A stretch of DNA of 64,000 nucleotides from Lepidodermella squamata (Eukaryota > Animalia > Gastrotricha). Below are positions 20,001 to 32,984 of this stretch, one piece after another; position 1 is the stretch's first letter, and every line of letters starts with the position of its first letter. The translations under genes were made by a program, and so were the position numbers. The stretch covers positions 1,178,001 to 1,242,000 of the forward strand of contig JBLDXI010000032.1 in the NCBI GenBank assembly GCA_047495785.1, given 5' to 3'. The notes under the pieces were generated by a model. It had not been told where the DNA came from, did not search any database, and saw only the letters and a list, made by a program, of their open reading frames with translations.

Positions 20001-22308
20001 TTCCAATCGCCTTTTTCGCCATTCAAAAGGACGACGCTGAAAATGCTTCGAAGCCTTCAAGATCACGTGTGACCGCGTCTCCGAAACCGGTTCCTTCCGC
20101 GGTAAATGAATTTAATATCTCGCTATTTTTTTATACTTTTTTCCGATTTATAGCTGTTTCATGATTGACAAGGATCGCAAATCAATCGATGCGATTGCAA
20201 CGGTCTATGAAAACCTCTACCAGCCGAGCAATAATGATTTGCTGGTTCCATGTACCCCAAGCGTTTCATCGGTACCTGAGTTCAGAGGAATCAGGGTACC
20301 ATGGTTCGTCTGATGTGTCAACGGCTGTGCGAACCCGCGTGATGGATCTGTGAGGCAGTTGAAGGCGGCTAAAACTGTGAGTTTTCTCGTTTTCCGTACG
20401 TTTAAAACTATATATTTGTATGAATTTTTAGGAAACCGATTTCCAGGCAATCTGGAACAAGAAGAAAGCGCAGTTCATGAAGCCGCTGCATGATTATCTC
20501 TGGACGTACTGGGTAAAACCCGAGATCGCAGTAATGCGGGCTGATTACGACCAGAAAAATTACAGTTTCCGTCAAAGAACAAACAACATTGCTGAAAACA
20601 TTTTTTGGTAATTCCCCCAATTAGGTCAACCCAAGTTGTCGGCTAGCAAACGTGTCTACGGGGAGGGGGAAGACTTATTTGAGAGTTCGCCTTATTTGCC
20701 CGAGCTATTGAGACCTATGGGAGAGTCGTTGTTACTCCAAATAAAACAAACGCCCAGAAAGATTTTCTCAGGTGTTGATTCCGAAGAAAGCGGAAAAGTT
20801 GCTAATTTTGTTAAGAAGCTTTTCAACCAAGAAAGCTTCTTCAAATACAGACAATTACTCTTTCGAGCACTTGCCAACTACTGTCTAACTAGTCCCGTCG
20901 AGTCTGCTGTCGAATCGATCGGAAGCGTTCTCCGAATGAGAACGGATCTGCACCCCAGCAGGGAATTGGCAAAAATTGACTTCTGGTGCCTCTAAATTAT
21001 TTCTGGAAATTTCTGACAAATTTCCAAGAAAATGTCCAGGTTTTCGGAAATTTTCAGGGAACGCCGTTCCCCATTTTTGCATGTTTTGCAGCCGTGGTTC
21101 ACACTATGTGTCTTATTTTTGCAGAGAGATCATTCCAGGAAAAGCTCACTGTATTCAGCCTTTTGAAACCAAACGAGAAATTTGCTTTGCTCAGCTTGTT
21201 GCTGGAAGAAATTTCAATCGAAAATATTGACTCCATTTTCCGTCATATTGGATAAAGGCGAGCGGATTTGAAGTCATACGAATTTTTCATTATTAGGCGA
21301 AGTTCTGGGATGAAGGGAGGGACCTACTTGGCCAAAGGAATCCGATGTTCACCCCGGGCAGAGGAGTTTGTGCGCTATCTTGGCTATACTCATCGCCAGC
21401 CAGTCGGATTATTAATTCCCAGTTAGTGCGGGGGCTTCTTAGATAAATGTTTAGGTTGCAAATTATTTTTTGTCTTGGGAATCGTTCGAAATAGACAAGA
21501 GTATCTTATCACTGACTGGTTGTGCAGATTTCGCAAAGTCCAGGTGATCAAGAAATATTTGAATTTCGCTTTTTTGAGCACTGTTGTCGGGTGATTTTTT
21601 CTAATATTTATGTTAGACGACGTTTATACAAATGAAAAATAAATTGAATTTTTTCAGGTAATAAAAATAGGTTTTCTGGCGGACAAATGTCTTTCTGCTA
21701 GAAAAAAGCATTTCTGATGAAAAAAATATGGTCCGAAGAATTTCAAAATAGAAAAGAGAATTCTATTGAAATTTTCACTAACCAGATCGCTTTCCATTAA
21801 TAACCATTCGTTTAACAAATCGTTGCGTTTCCGCGTCGAAACCAGCCATCAAATCAGAAGCTTCAAGCGCAGCAATCACATTGAACACGTCTTTACGCAA
21901 GCTGTACAAAATAATGCCTATTTAATTTTTAAGCTGTAAATTTCACAGCGTTGCAAAACCTTTGTTCAACATCAAAGTTGGACAGCTCTTTATCAGCAGC
22001 AACCGACGCGTCTCGAAGGTCCGCATTGTCAGATACATAACGCGGCAAATCAACACTGCTACGCCGGGGGCCGTACTCAGCGTCCAAAACAGCCAACATC
22101 TAAAAAAAATCCGCCTTAATTTCTGATTTTCAATTACAAAATTTTCCAAGACCTTGATGACTTTTACAAGTTCTTCCTTGTTATCAGTCGGTACAGCGGC
22201 AACAGCGTCGTACTTCTGCTTGACATCAGTCATGAGGCGCTGCGTTTCCGCCTTGATTTCATCGATGGTGAGGCGAGGCTGGAACAGGACATCGGCTGGC
22301 ATCGGCAT
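14060..22308 (-). CDS. Thimet oligopeptidase/neurolysin (peptidase M3A); exons 22308-22153, 22099-21960, 21901-21783, 19063-18060, 14698-14060
   Basis: YLDLYPRQGKYTHA, LLNHDEVETFLHEFGH (HEXXH), [36 protein letters not shown]; splice junctions keep the frame. Confidence 0.95.
15016..15228 (+). mobile_element. hAT transposase C-terminal dimerisation-domain remnant (THOP intron)
   Basis: RSTMTQQKLDCLAILSIERE resembles the hATC consensus RSTM.Q.RL..LA.LSIE; hAT-like end TCCGCCACTG near 16283-16292. Confidence 0.6.
15682..16118. mobile_element. TA-flanked MITE (Tc1/mariner/pogo-type)
   Basis: Perfect TIRs CCGTATTTTATCGAATAGTATCC / GGATACTATTCGATAAAATACGG, TA on both sides, internal GGCTATTATTCGAGG repeats. 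Confidence 0.9.
16480..17600 (+). mobile_element. Degenerate Mutator (MULE) transposase remnant with an interposed EEP endonuclease fragment
   Basis: LPRIDNYHEAWH..HPHLWRLIESFIKE (MULE C-terminus-like); GGGVAILMK and IIIGGDFNYDL (APE/EEP motifs) at ~16785-16960; multiple stops and frameshifts. Confidence 0.6.
19451..21300 (+). mobile_element. Intron-containing MULE-like transposase relic, antisense within THOP intron 19064-21782
   Basis: LFVDSTY..FHTVMAI..AVPIAFF, FMIDKD, ICWFHV (CxxH) motifs; short GT-AG introns (e.g. ~20102-20153); frameshifts. Confidence 0.7.
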
Positions 22309-22733
22309 TTTGGCTATGCAATGATGTAGTAGTACAGTACTTGATGAAAAACGTCTAACAACAAAATGGTTCGACCTGAAATTGTTGTTGTTCAGCAGGT
22401 GTTTTTTCTTCATTCCCTCGACGCTTTCATCATTTGCACGCAAAATCATACATGACGAAGATGACAACAGCCTCGCCTCAAAGCGTCTACGCAGCAGAAT
22501 TCGCACGGAAGACGCAGTCACGTTACGTAAATGAAACATAAAAACAGCCGGGTTTTTTTCAAATTCAGTAGCAAAACTCAACAAGAAATGAAAGTAAAAA
22601 ATCTACCTTAATTTAAATCATTGGCAAATAATATTATTAAATTAATAAAATCAAGCAATCAACGAAAAAATTTCAAGATCAAATCAAATCAACCGGATTA
22701 AATATCAATGAAATTTGTCATAAAACCGAGTTT

Positions 22734-25116
22734 TTACTGGCGTGGCGTCAACTTGACCCAAATACCATTTTTCGGTGTCATCGTTTGCGCGACGTTGAGT
22801 TCAAGCTTGTCACCTGTCTCCGGCGTTTCGTCCATTCGATATTTGCGAAGAACGTTAACAAGGGCCAACTTGATTTCCAGTAGTGCAAATCGCATTCCGA
22901 TGCAAATTCTCGGCCCGAAACCGAACGTCAAGAAAGCGGCCGGGTCGCGATCCGTCGCGGTCGGGTAATCCTCGCTGAATCGTTCCGGGTGGAAGCGATA
23001 CGGGTCGACAGGGCCCCAGAGCTCAGGGTCGTAGTGAATTGACCACACGTCGACTTGAACCGGCAAACCGTTTGGTATCTGAACACCCTCCAGCACCGTA
23101 TCGTCCATAGCCATGCGATTCAAGACTAAACCAGCAATCGGGTACATTCTGAGGCCTTCGTTGATGACGCATTCGAGGTATTTCAGATCGGAAACTGTAT
23201 CGTAGTTAACCGGGCGGCTATCGTCCGGGAAATACTGCTTGATCTCAGCGAACAATTTTTCTTGCTTATCCGGATTTTTCGCCAAAAGGAAAGTTGTGAA
23301 GGCCAGAGCATTACTTGAGGTCTTCAATTTTACATTCAAATTAGTTGAAATTTCAAAAATTGTGGTTAAACGTACTTCAAAGCCGGCGACCATGAAAAGA
23401 CCAGCTTGCGCCTTGATTTCGTCGTGACTCAAGCCTTTCAGATTGACGTTTGAAATGTCGATTTCAGCATTAGCCTGGGAGGCCTTAATGCTAGCCGCAA
23501 CTACGAAATTAGATGAAATTTTAAAATTAAAACATCAAAATACAATTTTTCATTTAAATGGTTCAAACAGAATTTTTCTGACTGTCAGTATGTGAAAACT
23601 ATTCAGAAATATTCAACTTTTTAATAAAAAAGGGGTCAACATGTTTGCACCACTAAAAATGAGGTTCCAGCACTAAATTTAAGCGTCCTGGCACTAATTT
23701 TTCAAATTCTTTGGGATTTTGGCGTTTTAGTTTTTGATCAATACTGATGACCTCCCTGTACCTGGCTACATGGTGCTCTAAGCTACGTAGACAAATTATC
23801 GATATTGGGTTCCAATACGGCTGATATCAGGAAAATCACTGATTTGTAAAATCGATACTTGGAATCGATATCGGCTCTATAAGATGAATTATAATTCGTA
23901 AACTGACCGCTCATAGTGCGAAATACGCGTAATATGAAGGTCTATCGGTTAGGCATGATAACAAAAAATGTGTGATTCTAGCAAAGGCTGGAAACTCTAA
24001 ACCCATATTTAGGGAAAATCTAGGGCTGGAGTCTCAAATTTAGTGCTGGAACCCTAAATTTAGGGTGCACACTAGGAACACCCTAAAAAATTCTTATTTG
24101 AAAATAACCGTGCTGAGTACCAATATAAAATCCAAACATGGGAAAGGACTTGAAATACGAAAAAAATTATGTAATGAAGTAGCTTGAAAAAAATGAAGCC
24201 AAAAATATTCTCGTAATAGATTTTTCTTACCGGCTTCAGAATCTTCAAGTTCCACCATCATCTGCAACAGATCTTGGCGTCGTTTCTCAGGGTTACTGAT
24301 GCGATCTTTGATAATCGAATCCATGACGCGGTAAAGTCTTTCCATCGGACCCAAATACCCGTCGCCGAAAACTTTCGATTTCAATTGAACATACCACCTC
24401 AAAACAGGCAGAATTTCAGGCATAAACATGGCCAGCTTGACAAAGAACGGAATTTTAAATATCCTGATAAACATATCTGTGACAATGTCCAGAACTGGGT
24501 TACTCTGGCCCTCCGTTTTCGCGCTGTTGAGTTCAACGCCGAAAGCACACTCGGAAATCGTGTCCAACGTCAAAAATTTGTAGCACTCAAAAATATTGAA
24601 AGCCTTGCCAGTTTTCGCCTTCTTCTCCAATAGGGCCATAAAATCAGCCGTACATTTCTGCATCAGCGGGGTCATTGCTCGCATTTTGCTGGCCGAAAAT
24701 GTAGGATTGATGATTGTTCGAAGGCGCTTCCAGCGTGCGCCTCGGGCGAAAAACATGTGCACGGGCTTTGTAGTACTATCAGGCGATGGTTGGAATGCGA
24801 ACATTTTTCTAGCATGGAAATCTGGGAATTGCTTCACGAAAACTTGTTGCACCAAATTGTAATCAGCAATAACCAAGGTTGGGTTAGGGCCTTCGTAGTA
24901 ACCGTAGATTTTACCATATCTCTTCGTCCAGTCAGCGATAGCCAAATGCCGCGTGCCCTCCTGAATCAAATCGGTCAAATTGCCGAGCAGCCAATGAGGG
25001 GGCGGGCCGGATACGCCAAGTTTCTTGAAATAGCGATGGGCAACAAACTTGCGATAGATGTACAGGGCCGCAATTGTGCCAGTCAACCCAATTGCAACCA
25101 CCCCAAGAACACTCAT
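22734..25116 (-). CDS. Cytochrome P450, clan-3-like, copy A; exons 25116-24231, 23500-23376, 23321-22734
   Basis: N-terminal anchor plus PPP hinge, WKRLR, AGFE|TSS (I-helix), EGLR, PERF, FGFGPRICIG heme motif. Confidence 0.95.
23631..24085. mobile_element. MITE in CYP-A intron 1, absent from the CYP-B intron
   Basis: Imperfect ~50-bp TIRs (..GGTTCCAGCACTAAATTT / AAATTTAGTGCTGGAACC..). Confidence 0.7.
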
Positions 25117-25259
25117 TCTCTTCAAGTTATCTCCCTAAGATGAGACAAACATTTACATATTTCAGATTTCATAATTTTTTACTTTGGTCTCTCAATTCAG
25201 CACTTAAATATTTCACTCATATTCTTCATTTATGCAAGTTGCCTTTCGACATTTAACAT

Positions 25260-25611
25260 TTGGTATCAGACATTACCACAAGGCTTATTAGTCAATTATT
25301 CGCATGATTGCTGGTAGAACCATGGTCCCCAGACTTTGCTCGCTGAGTAGCCATATCTTGATTGCCGGTGAATGGCGTCCTACACCGTGAGGGAGAAATC
25401 GCGGTCTTGGGTGGATTTGCTTGGCGGAGTTACCAGCAGGTACGAACTTGTGCCTTTGGCTGCGTAGTTGGCTACACGTCAGCTTGATTTACGGTCCCAG
25501 AAACGCCGCATTCAATGCGTACACGAATTATTGGTGTTGCGGTTCTGGGGATTGAACCCGCGCCTCTTTGCCGCCAGCGAGATGCTTGGACCGCTCGACC
25601 ACTTGCTCCCC
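25260..25611 (-). mobile_element. tRNA-derived SINE-like element
   Basis: Minus-strand head GGGAGCAAGTGGTCGAGCGG (A box)...GGTTCAATCC (B box) without a proper cloverleaf, followed by ~270 nt body; no counterpart upstream of CYP-B; 3' end approximate. Confidence 0.6.
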
Positions 25612-26199
25612 ATATTAAGGTAATATGAAATAATACTATAATAAAAAATCAGAATATATAAACAGTGCAAAGCTGTCTGCTGTGCATTGAGCGTAAAGAT
25701 CGATGGGCAAGAGTTGGATCCCCACCCGGGTCGACCGTGATTTATCAATGACGCTCTACCCCGACGGGGGAAGACCACTTCACCGTGTTACAAAGGTGAA
25801 AATTGGTAGATTGGGAGCGAGACTGCACTAATCGCTACCTAGCTGTCCGACTGAAGAGACCACGCAAGCGACCCTTGAGAGCGCTCTTTCGGAATCCATG
25901 GCATCTACTCTAAGAAGATCTCTCAAACATAACAAGTAATTTTCGATTTTTTTAAACCTAAGAGTAGATGTTATAATAAAAATAATCGAAAATGCTAGGA
26001 TATATTTGCTTAGTTTTGGGCACAACAAATCGATACAATTTTTTCAGAAAGAAATCAGTGACCACCAAAGAGCGCGATTTCGGGGTCCTGAGACATTATT
26101 GTGTTTTCAGCCTATTCAAAACCAAGCCGCCAACTATGAGACCCGAAGCGTCTAACCTCATTTCACGCAGTTCTACATGATGGTACTTCAGCCGAAGTA

Positions 26200-26399
26200 C
26201 TGTATATCTACTAATTTTCGTTTTGATCTTTGAATTCGGTGTTTTTGCAAAAATACCGAAATTAAAACCACCGAATATTAATTCTAATTAAAATAAATCA
26301 ATTTGTTCCTCAGCGGCCAGCCTAAAACCGAATTCAATTCCCTCGAAATGTAATGTACAGGCCCCGATTCTCCAAAACCGAAAATGAGTAGATATACGG
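26200..26399. mobile_element. Short TA-flanked MITE
   Basis: TIRs CTGTATATCTACTAATTTTCGTTTTG / CAAAACCGAAAATGAGTAGATATACGG with flanking TA. Confidence 0.8.
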
Positions 26400-26549
26400 T
26401 ATTTGAAAATGGATTTTTCTATTAAAAAAATCTCATTGATAAGCGACTTTCAGCTTCGAAAAATAAACCCTTTTACATAGATCGATTGCTATGATTTTCA
26501 ATTATGAGATAGACATCCAATCTTGTGAGGTAGGAATAGGGCCTCAGCT

Positions 26550-26930
26550 AGAATCTGCATTTCGGCCATGCTGTAGTAGTGCATTTCTGGATGAAAAACG
26601 TCTATTATTAGCGCCTGTTTTCTGGATGCGCCTGGGAAGGACAATAATAAAAAGGTTATAATTTATGTTTGCGCTAACAACAACATCGTTTGATCTGAAG
26701 TTGTTGTTCAGCAGTTGTTTCTTCTTCATTCCGTCGACGCTTTCATCATTTGCACGCAAATTCACACATGGCGGAGATGACAACAGCCTCGCCTCAAAGC
26801 GTTTACAAAGCAGAATTCGCACGAACTCACGTTATATAGATGAAGCAAAAAACAGCTGGCTTTTCAAAATCAATAGCAAACTCAAATAGAAATGACAGTA
26901 AAAAAAGATATGTTAATTTAAAGCAGTTAG
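26550..26930 (-). pseudogene. Duplicated 5' leader/promoter of the oligopeptidase gene, carried with the CYP tandem duplication
   Basis: High similarity to 22300-22620 (GATGAAAAACGTCTA, TCGACGCTTTCATCATTTGCACGCAAA, GACAACAGCCTCGCCTCAAAGCGT); no downstream THOP exons. Confidence 0.75.
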
Positions 26931-27067
26931 GTATAAAATAACATTATGCAAAAAATAAAGAAGCAGTCGTAGAAAACTATAAAAATTGACAAATCCAACT
27001 AAATATTCATCTATTTTCACCTGGATTAATTATCTTTGGAAAGTTGTCATAAAACCGAGTACACTTT

Positions 27068-28895
27068 TTACTGGCGTGGTGTCAGCTTAACCCAGACACC
27101 ATTTTTCGGTGTCATTGTTTGTGCGACGTTGAGTTCAAGTTTGTCACCCGTTTCCGGCGTTTCGTCGATTCGATACTTGCGAATAATATTAACTAGCGCC
27201 AACTTAATTTCCAGCAGTGCAAATCGCATCCCGATGCAAATTCGCGGTCCGAAACCGAACGTCAAGAAAGCGGCCGGGTCGCGATCGGTCGCGGTTGGGT
27301 AATCTTCGCTGAAGCGTTCCGGGTGGAAGCGATACGGGTCGACAGGGCCCCAGAGCTCTGGGTCGTAGTGAATCGACCATACGTCGACTTGAACCGGCAG
27401 GCCGTTCGGTATTTGAACACCCTCCAGTACCGTATCGTCCATAGCTAAGCGATTTATGACCAAACCAGCAATCGGGTACATACGCAGACCTTCGTTGATG
27501 ACACATGCCAGGTATTTCAGATCGGAAACTGTATCGTAGTTAACCGGGCGGCTATCGTCCGGGAAATACTGCTTAATCTCAGCGAACAATTTTTCTTGCT
27601 TATCCGGATTTTTGGCTAACAGGAAAGTCGTGAAGGCCAGGGCATTGCTTGAGGTCTTTTATCAATTTTATATTAAATTTTCGAATTGATTGTATAATTT
27701 CAAAGATTTTAGCAAAACCTACTTCGAAGCCGGCGATCATGAAAAGACCAGCTTGTGCCTTGATGTCATCTCGACTCAAGCCTTTGAGATTGACGTTTGT
27801 CAGATCGATATCACCACTTGCTTGCGATGCCTTAACGTTAGCAGCAACTAAACAATTCGTTAAAATTTCAAGTTAAAACCTCAAAACCGATTATATTATT
27901 TCTATATTTTTATCATAACAAGTTTTATCGGAGCCTGGCGGCACGAGTGTTGTCACCAGGTTTCTCATTATTTCGCATCGATTTTACAAGGTTTAATTTA
28001 GTTTCTTACCGGCTTCAGAATCTTCGAGTTCTACCATCATCTGCAACAGATCTTGACGACGTTTCTCTGGGTGACTGATCCGGTCGCTGATAATCGAATC
28101 CATCATGTGGTGAAGTTTTTCCGTTGGACCCAAATATCCATCGCTGAAAATTTTCGCCATCATTTCAGTATACCACCTCAAAACCGGCTGAATTTCGGGT
28201 AAAAACATGGCCACCTTGACGACGAGCGGAATGTCAAATAGCCGAAGAAACACATCCCTCATAATGTCCAGAACTGGGTTACTCTGGCCCTCCGTTTTCG
28301 CGCTGTTGAGTTCAACGCCGAAAGCACACTCGGAAATCGTGTCCAACGTCAGAAATTTGTAGCACTCAAAAATATTGAACGCCTTGCCAGTTTTCGCCTT
28401 TTTCTCCAACAGGGCCATTAAATCAGCCGTACATTTCTGCATCAGCGGTGTCATTGCTCGCATTTTGCTGGCCGAAAATGTTGGATTGATGATTGTTCGA
28501 AGGCGCTTCCAGCGTGCGCCTCGAGCAAAAAACATGTGTACGGGCTTTGTAGTGCTATCAGGCGATGGTTGGAATGGAAACATTTTCCCACCATGGAAAT
28601 CTGGAAATTGCTTCACAAAAACTTGCTGCACCAAATTGTAATCAGAAATAACCAAAGTCGGTTTAGGGCCTTCGAAGTAACCGTAGATTTTTCCATATTT
28701 CTTTGTCCAGTTTGCAATAGCCAAATGCAGCGTGCCCTCATGACTCAAATCTGACAAATTGCCGAGCAGCCAATTAGGGGGCGGGCCGGATACGCCAAGT
28801 TTCTTGAAAAATCGATGGGCAACAAACTTGCGATAGATATACAGAGCCGCAATTGTACCAGTTAACCCAATCGCAACCACTCCAATGAGAGACAT
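27068..28895 (-). CDS. Cytochrome P450, clan-3-like, copy B (tandem paralog, same 3-exon structure)
   Basis: Same motifs as copy A; differences concentrated in the B-C and F-G regions (ARKMFAFQ vs GGKMFPFQ; IVTDMFIRIFKIPFFVKLAMF vs IMRDVFLRLFDIPLVVKVAMF). Confidence 0.95.
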
Positions 28896-29024
28896 TTTCT
28901 TCAAATTATATTCCTAAGATGAAACAAATATTCGAATTTTAGATTTCATAACTTTTAACTATGGTCTCTCAAATTTACACTCATATTTTTCACTCATATC
29001 AAGGTAATATAATATATATTTTTA

Positions 29025-30086
29025 CAGGGGTGCAAAATCTGCAAAAATGGCGCAGTGGCTGCGCGGGAAATTTTTACGCGCAGCGGGAAATTTTTGGGGA
29101 ATAAAGATGTAAAAATGCTCAGAAATCGCCAAAAATTAGCGGGAAAAAAGGGAAATCAGCGGGAAATCCAACAAGTAATTAATCTTCCACCGATAATTTA
29201 TTTCAATAATTAAGTGATTGAACTAATTAGCAATTCACGAATGACTTTCCTTTCTAATTCAAATAATAACTTCTGTTCAACTAACGCGAAATCGGTGATA
29301 ATAACGGTTAGGAATTTCAAAAAACAAATTAGATATTCCGATTCAGCGTAAAAAGTTGGATATTCCTGCCAATTTGCGCGCAGCTATGTTTGAAAATGAG
29401 GGAGAAATGCGGACTGAAAGTTTGCTAGTAACTGTGTGCGCGCACAAAACAGCGAGCGCGCGCGCACAACAGCGCACAACTGCGCGATTTCCTCGCGTTG
29501 AAAAGTGAAGGGGAGCGGGCAACTGCGAGTGAGCGAATTTTTGTGGAGCGCACACGCACACACACGCGAGCGCACACGTGCAAAAATTGAAATTTGTTTC
29601 CGCCTATTTCTCAACCAATTTTTACGATAACTGTGCGCAAATTTGCAGAGTGGGGTAATTTTTCGCGCTGAATCCGAATATCTAATTTGTTTTTTGAAAT
29701 TCCAGAAATTGAAGAACTTGGTTTTTCTGCGTAATTAAGAATATTTGGGTAATTACGATATTTAGCCACAAGTTTTTGGTTACCCTAAATATGTGAACTG
29801 TTTTAGTATCAAGCCGTATGAAATGCGAAATATGGCCACCAATTTAGGCCTAAAAATGTCTATTAAAATATAAAAATGTGCCGAATCGAGTATTTTCGGA
29901 CATTTTCTCACTCAAAAATACTGATGTTTCTTAGAAATGTTCCGCTTTGCAGGAAATAACCCACAGAAATATAAGTGATAAGGAAAAGTTACAAAGGCAC
30001 ATTCCGCGAGCGAGCGCAGCGAGCGAGCGGGTTTGTCGGGAAATTAAAATCACTGCGCGGGAAGTTCTGCAGATTTTGCAGCCCTG
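29025..30086. mobile_element. hAT-type non-autonomous element
   Basis: TIRs CAGGGGTGCAAAATCTGCA / TGCAGATTTTGCAGCCCTG, near-perfect 8-bp TSD TATTTTTA/TTTTTTTA, subterminal GCGGGAAA repeats. Confidence 0.8.
29311..29703. mobile_element. Inverted-repeat element nested inside the hAT element
   Basis: ~40-bp inverted repeats GGAATTTCAAAAAACAAATTAGATATTC.GATTCAGCG / CGCTGAATC.GAATATCTAATTTGTTTTTTGAAATTCC. Confidence 0.7.
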
Positions 30087-31390
30087 TTTTTTTACGATCG
30101 AACAAAATGGGCACATTAACGGTCTTTTTTGTTGCAACATTTCAAAAACGGAACGACAGGCACAACAATAACAATTTTCTGAATTTATCGAATGTAAATA
30201 TATTTGTTTTGTTCTCTCGATGGAGCGGAAGCAAAATAGCTGATGATCGAGTTATTGCAAGAAATTTCATGACCACGACGACGAAGCACAAGCAAGAGAG
30301 AGAGAGGAAATATATAAACAGCACCTATTATTCGAGGGTATAACAAAAATAATCGAACATGCTAGGATATTATTTGCTTAGTTTCGCGCGCGAAAAATAG
30401 GCATGACTTTTAATTTGATTGATTCGTGCTCAGGCTACCGAAGCGTTCTATTCAAGGCAAAACAAGTGTACACGGTGAGAAGAGGATTATAACAGTAAAT
30501 AAGGGACTAGGAAATATTGTATCATCATCATCATCATCGTCACCAAGTGAGATAATGTGTTCAATTAGAGAATCGCAGAAGTAATCCACCTTAATATCAT
30601 CAAAAATCAACTCGAGTATACGTGTTCGATATTGCGTTTTGATTACAAGCGGTAGTTTTAAGGCGGTTTATGGACCATCCAATATTAGAATGCGTAGTAT
30701 ATTGCATTATATTTCATTAAATCGAGGAATATTTGATGAGATCCACGTCGTGCTTTTTAACTGCCGAAGTTGTGTGAATTCGAAAATAGCAGGTCTATAA
30801 TAGATATTTTTTCAAGAATGAATGAATGGAAGAACAGTTGAAGACACAACACCAATAGAGAGCTGAATCACGCACGCACATCCATGTTTAGTAGAACCAC
30901 AGCCGATTATATTTATAAAAACACCGCTAGGAATCAAAATTACCGCTCCATTTTAAAAAAATCGACGCGTTTCTTTATCACTGAAAATATTATAGTTTTC
31001 ATACATATCGTAATCACATGCAAGATTATTAATTTTTTACACAACTGCTGTAGTAATTTTCGTGTCATTGTATTTTTTGATAGGACTGGACACAACAAAT
31101 GAGTTTTAAGTTGAGTCAGTTGCCGAAGAGAGAAAAATTAGAGCAAAAAATCGACCACATTGTCATGGATACAACAACCGAATTTCGCGGCTCAACAACA
31201 CAGTGCTCTCTGGAGAAGAAATGACTAAAGACTAGCAGATAACGGGGTCGGTCAATCGCACGATTTTGGCCGTGGTTATACATAATAATTTCTAAATATC
31301 ATTCATTTTAGTTCTCTCATGTCGAGGACACGATAAAATTATAGATATTTACACACTCTTGTCAATTTTTTTCACTCAGTCGATTCAATT

Positions 31391-32984
31391 TTAGTAATTC
31401 GGAGCTTCGAACGGCTGTTGGTAATTCGAGCCGGCCTTTTCGGGTGCGTTGCTGAACGGGGGCTGGTGGTAACCGGCGGCGTCTCCCGGGGCCTGGGGCG
31501 GCGGCAGGGTGTTGCCACTCATGCCACCTGAAGCGCTGCTGCCGGCCTGGAAAGCATCATCGCCGAATCCGCCCTGGAAATCTCCGGTAATACCAGCTCG
31601 GTATCGCATGAAGGCAAGAACGGCGAGGGCAGCCTGGACGTATACGTAGAAAACACACAAATATCACGTGACGTTCCCATTAATGCACTTGCATTTTTTC
31701 ACTCCTCATTTTAAGCCGGATTATTTACGAGTCACAAATTTAGTTTGCAATAAGCCACGCGGCGACGCAGGCCATCGATCGCCGGCGCACTTCGCAACAC
31801 ACAACAGGCCTGTCTATACAAGCGTGTAATGATAATATTAATAAATATATGTCGCGATTCCTGCAGACCGTAAAAAAAAAAATTCTTCAGCTGAAGCGCG
31901 CAAACTCAACACGCCTATTAGCTCGTTCACTTTTGTATTTAGCGCCACTATAAATATATATATATATACGCCGCAGAGATGTTTGCCTTCTTCCTGCCTC
32001 TTCCTCCCTTTTCGCTACAATTGCGCATGTACGCGGCCCGACAAAAGCACATAAATAACGCGCGTAAAACCAATCGAAAGCTAGTAAGTAGGTTTATTTT
32101 TCAGCACTTCAACGGCCGAGTTGTCGCGACGCCATTAGCGGCTGACTGATGTGGCTCAACTTAACATTATAAAAGCAAGCACACAACTTACCCAAGTGCC
32201 AATTGAGAAAAATGAAAACGCGATGGCTGCTTGCATTTGGTTTCGTCCCAAATCGTCAGGATTGACTAGTGGACGCTCAGTTTGCGCCTTGCGCCACTAA
32301 AAAAAAGAGAAAAAATGAAGGAACGAAATGATATTTGAAAATGAAATGATTGAGAATCGGCAATTCTTTAGAAAATTTCAAAATTTTCGAAATCATTTAG
32401 TTTTTCAAGTGATCGAATTTATTTTTCATTTTATTTCTGACTATGGATCCTTAAAAAAAAATCAAAATTAAGGGGAAAATAAATTTAAATTTTCATGATA
32501 AAGGGTGTCAAATTTCAAAGTCGAATTACCATGTCTGTCAAGTAGCAGAATCCGACGAACCACAGGAAGGTCCACAAGGCAGAGAAGGCCATATCGCCCA
32601 TGACGGCGAACCGGCGCGTTTTCACGTTGCTGAAGTTGTCGAACATGGCGTCGATCAGCAAGAAGGTAATGCAGGCGAGGAAGGCAATCACACCGATGGC
32701 CGTGCCGTAATTGCACGCATTCGAGTCACCGTTGTACTGACAGTAGAGCTGGTTGCTGGCTGGTGGCTTAATCCAGCCTTCAGACGAAATACACGCGAAG
32801 ACAATGATCGAGAAAAGCTATCGATTAAAAAAAACATTATTAAGGAGGATTTTTTAAAACAATTACTCACCCAACTGACAAGACGTAATATGACCTGTGG
32901 TTTTTTGATAAAAGCAACCGGGTCAAAAGCGCCCGTCGCCCGCCCAGAGCCATACGCGCCCGCAACAGAACCGCCAAAATCCAT
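31391..32984 (-). CDS. Synaptogyrin (MARVEL domain); exons 32984-32871, 32817-32530, 32296-32192, 31633-31391
   Basis: GAYGSGRATGAFDPVAFIKKPQVILRLVSW|LFSIIVFACI, CQYNGDSNACNYG, LWTFLWFVGFCYL, QAAIAFSFFSI, Tyr/Pro/Gln-rich tail. Confidence 0.93.

Noticed and set aside
25255-25272. AACA-TT-TGGTATCAGA resembling an LTR end plus primer-binding site
   Set aside because: No upstream LTR or gag/pol; lies at the SINE-like element's end
32100-32120. TTCAGCAC half-site (REST/NRSE-like) in a synaptogyrin intron
   Set aside because: Second half-site does not match; expected by chance
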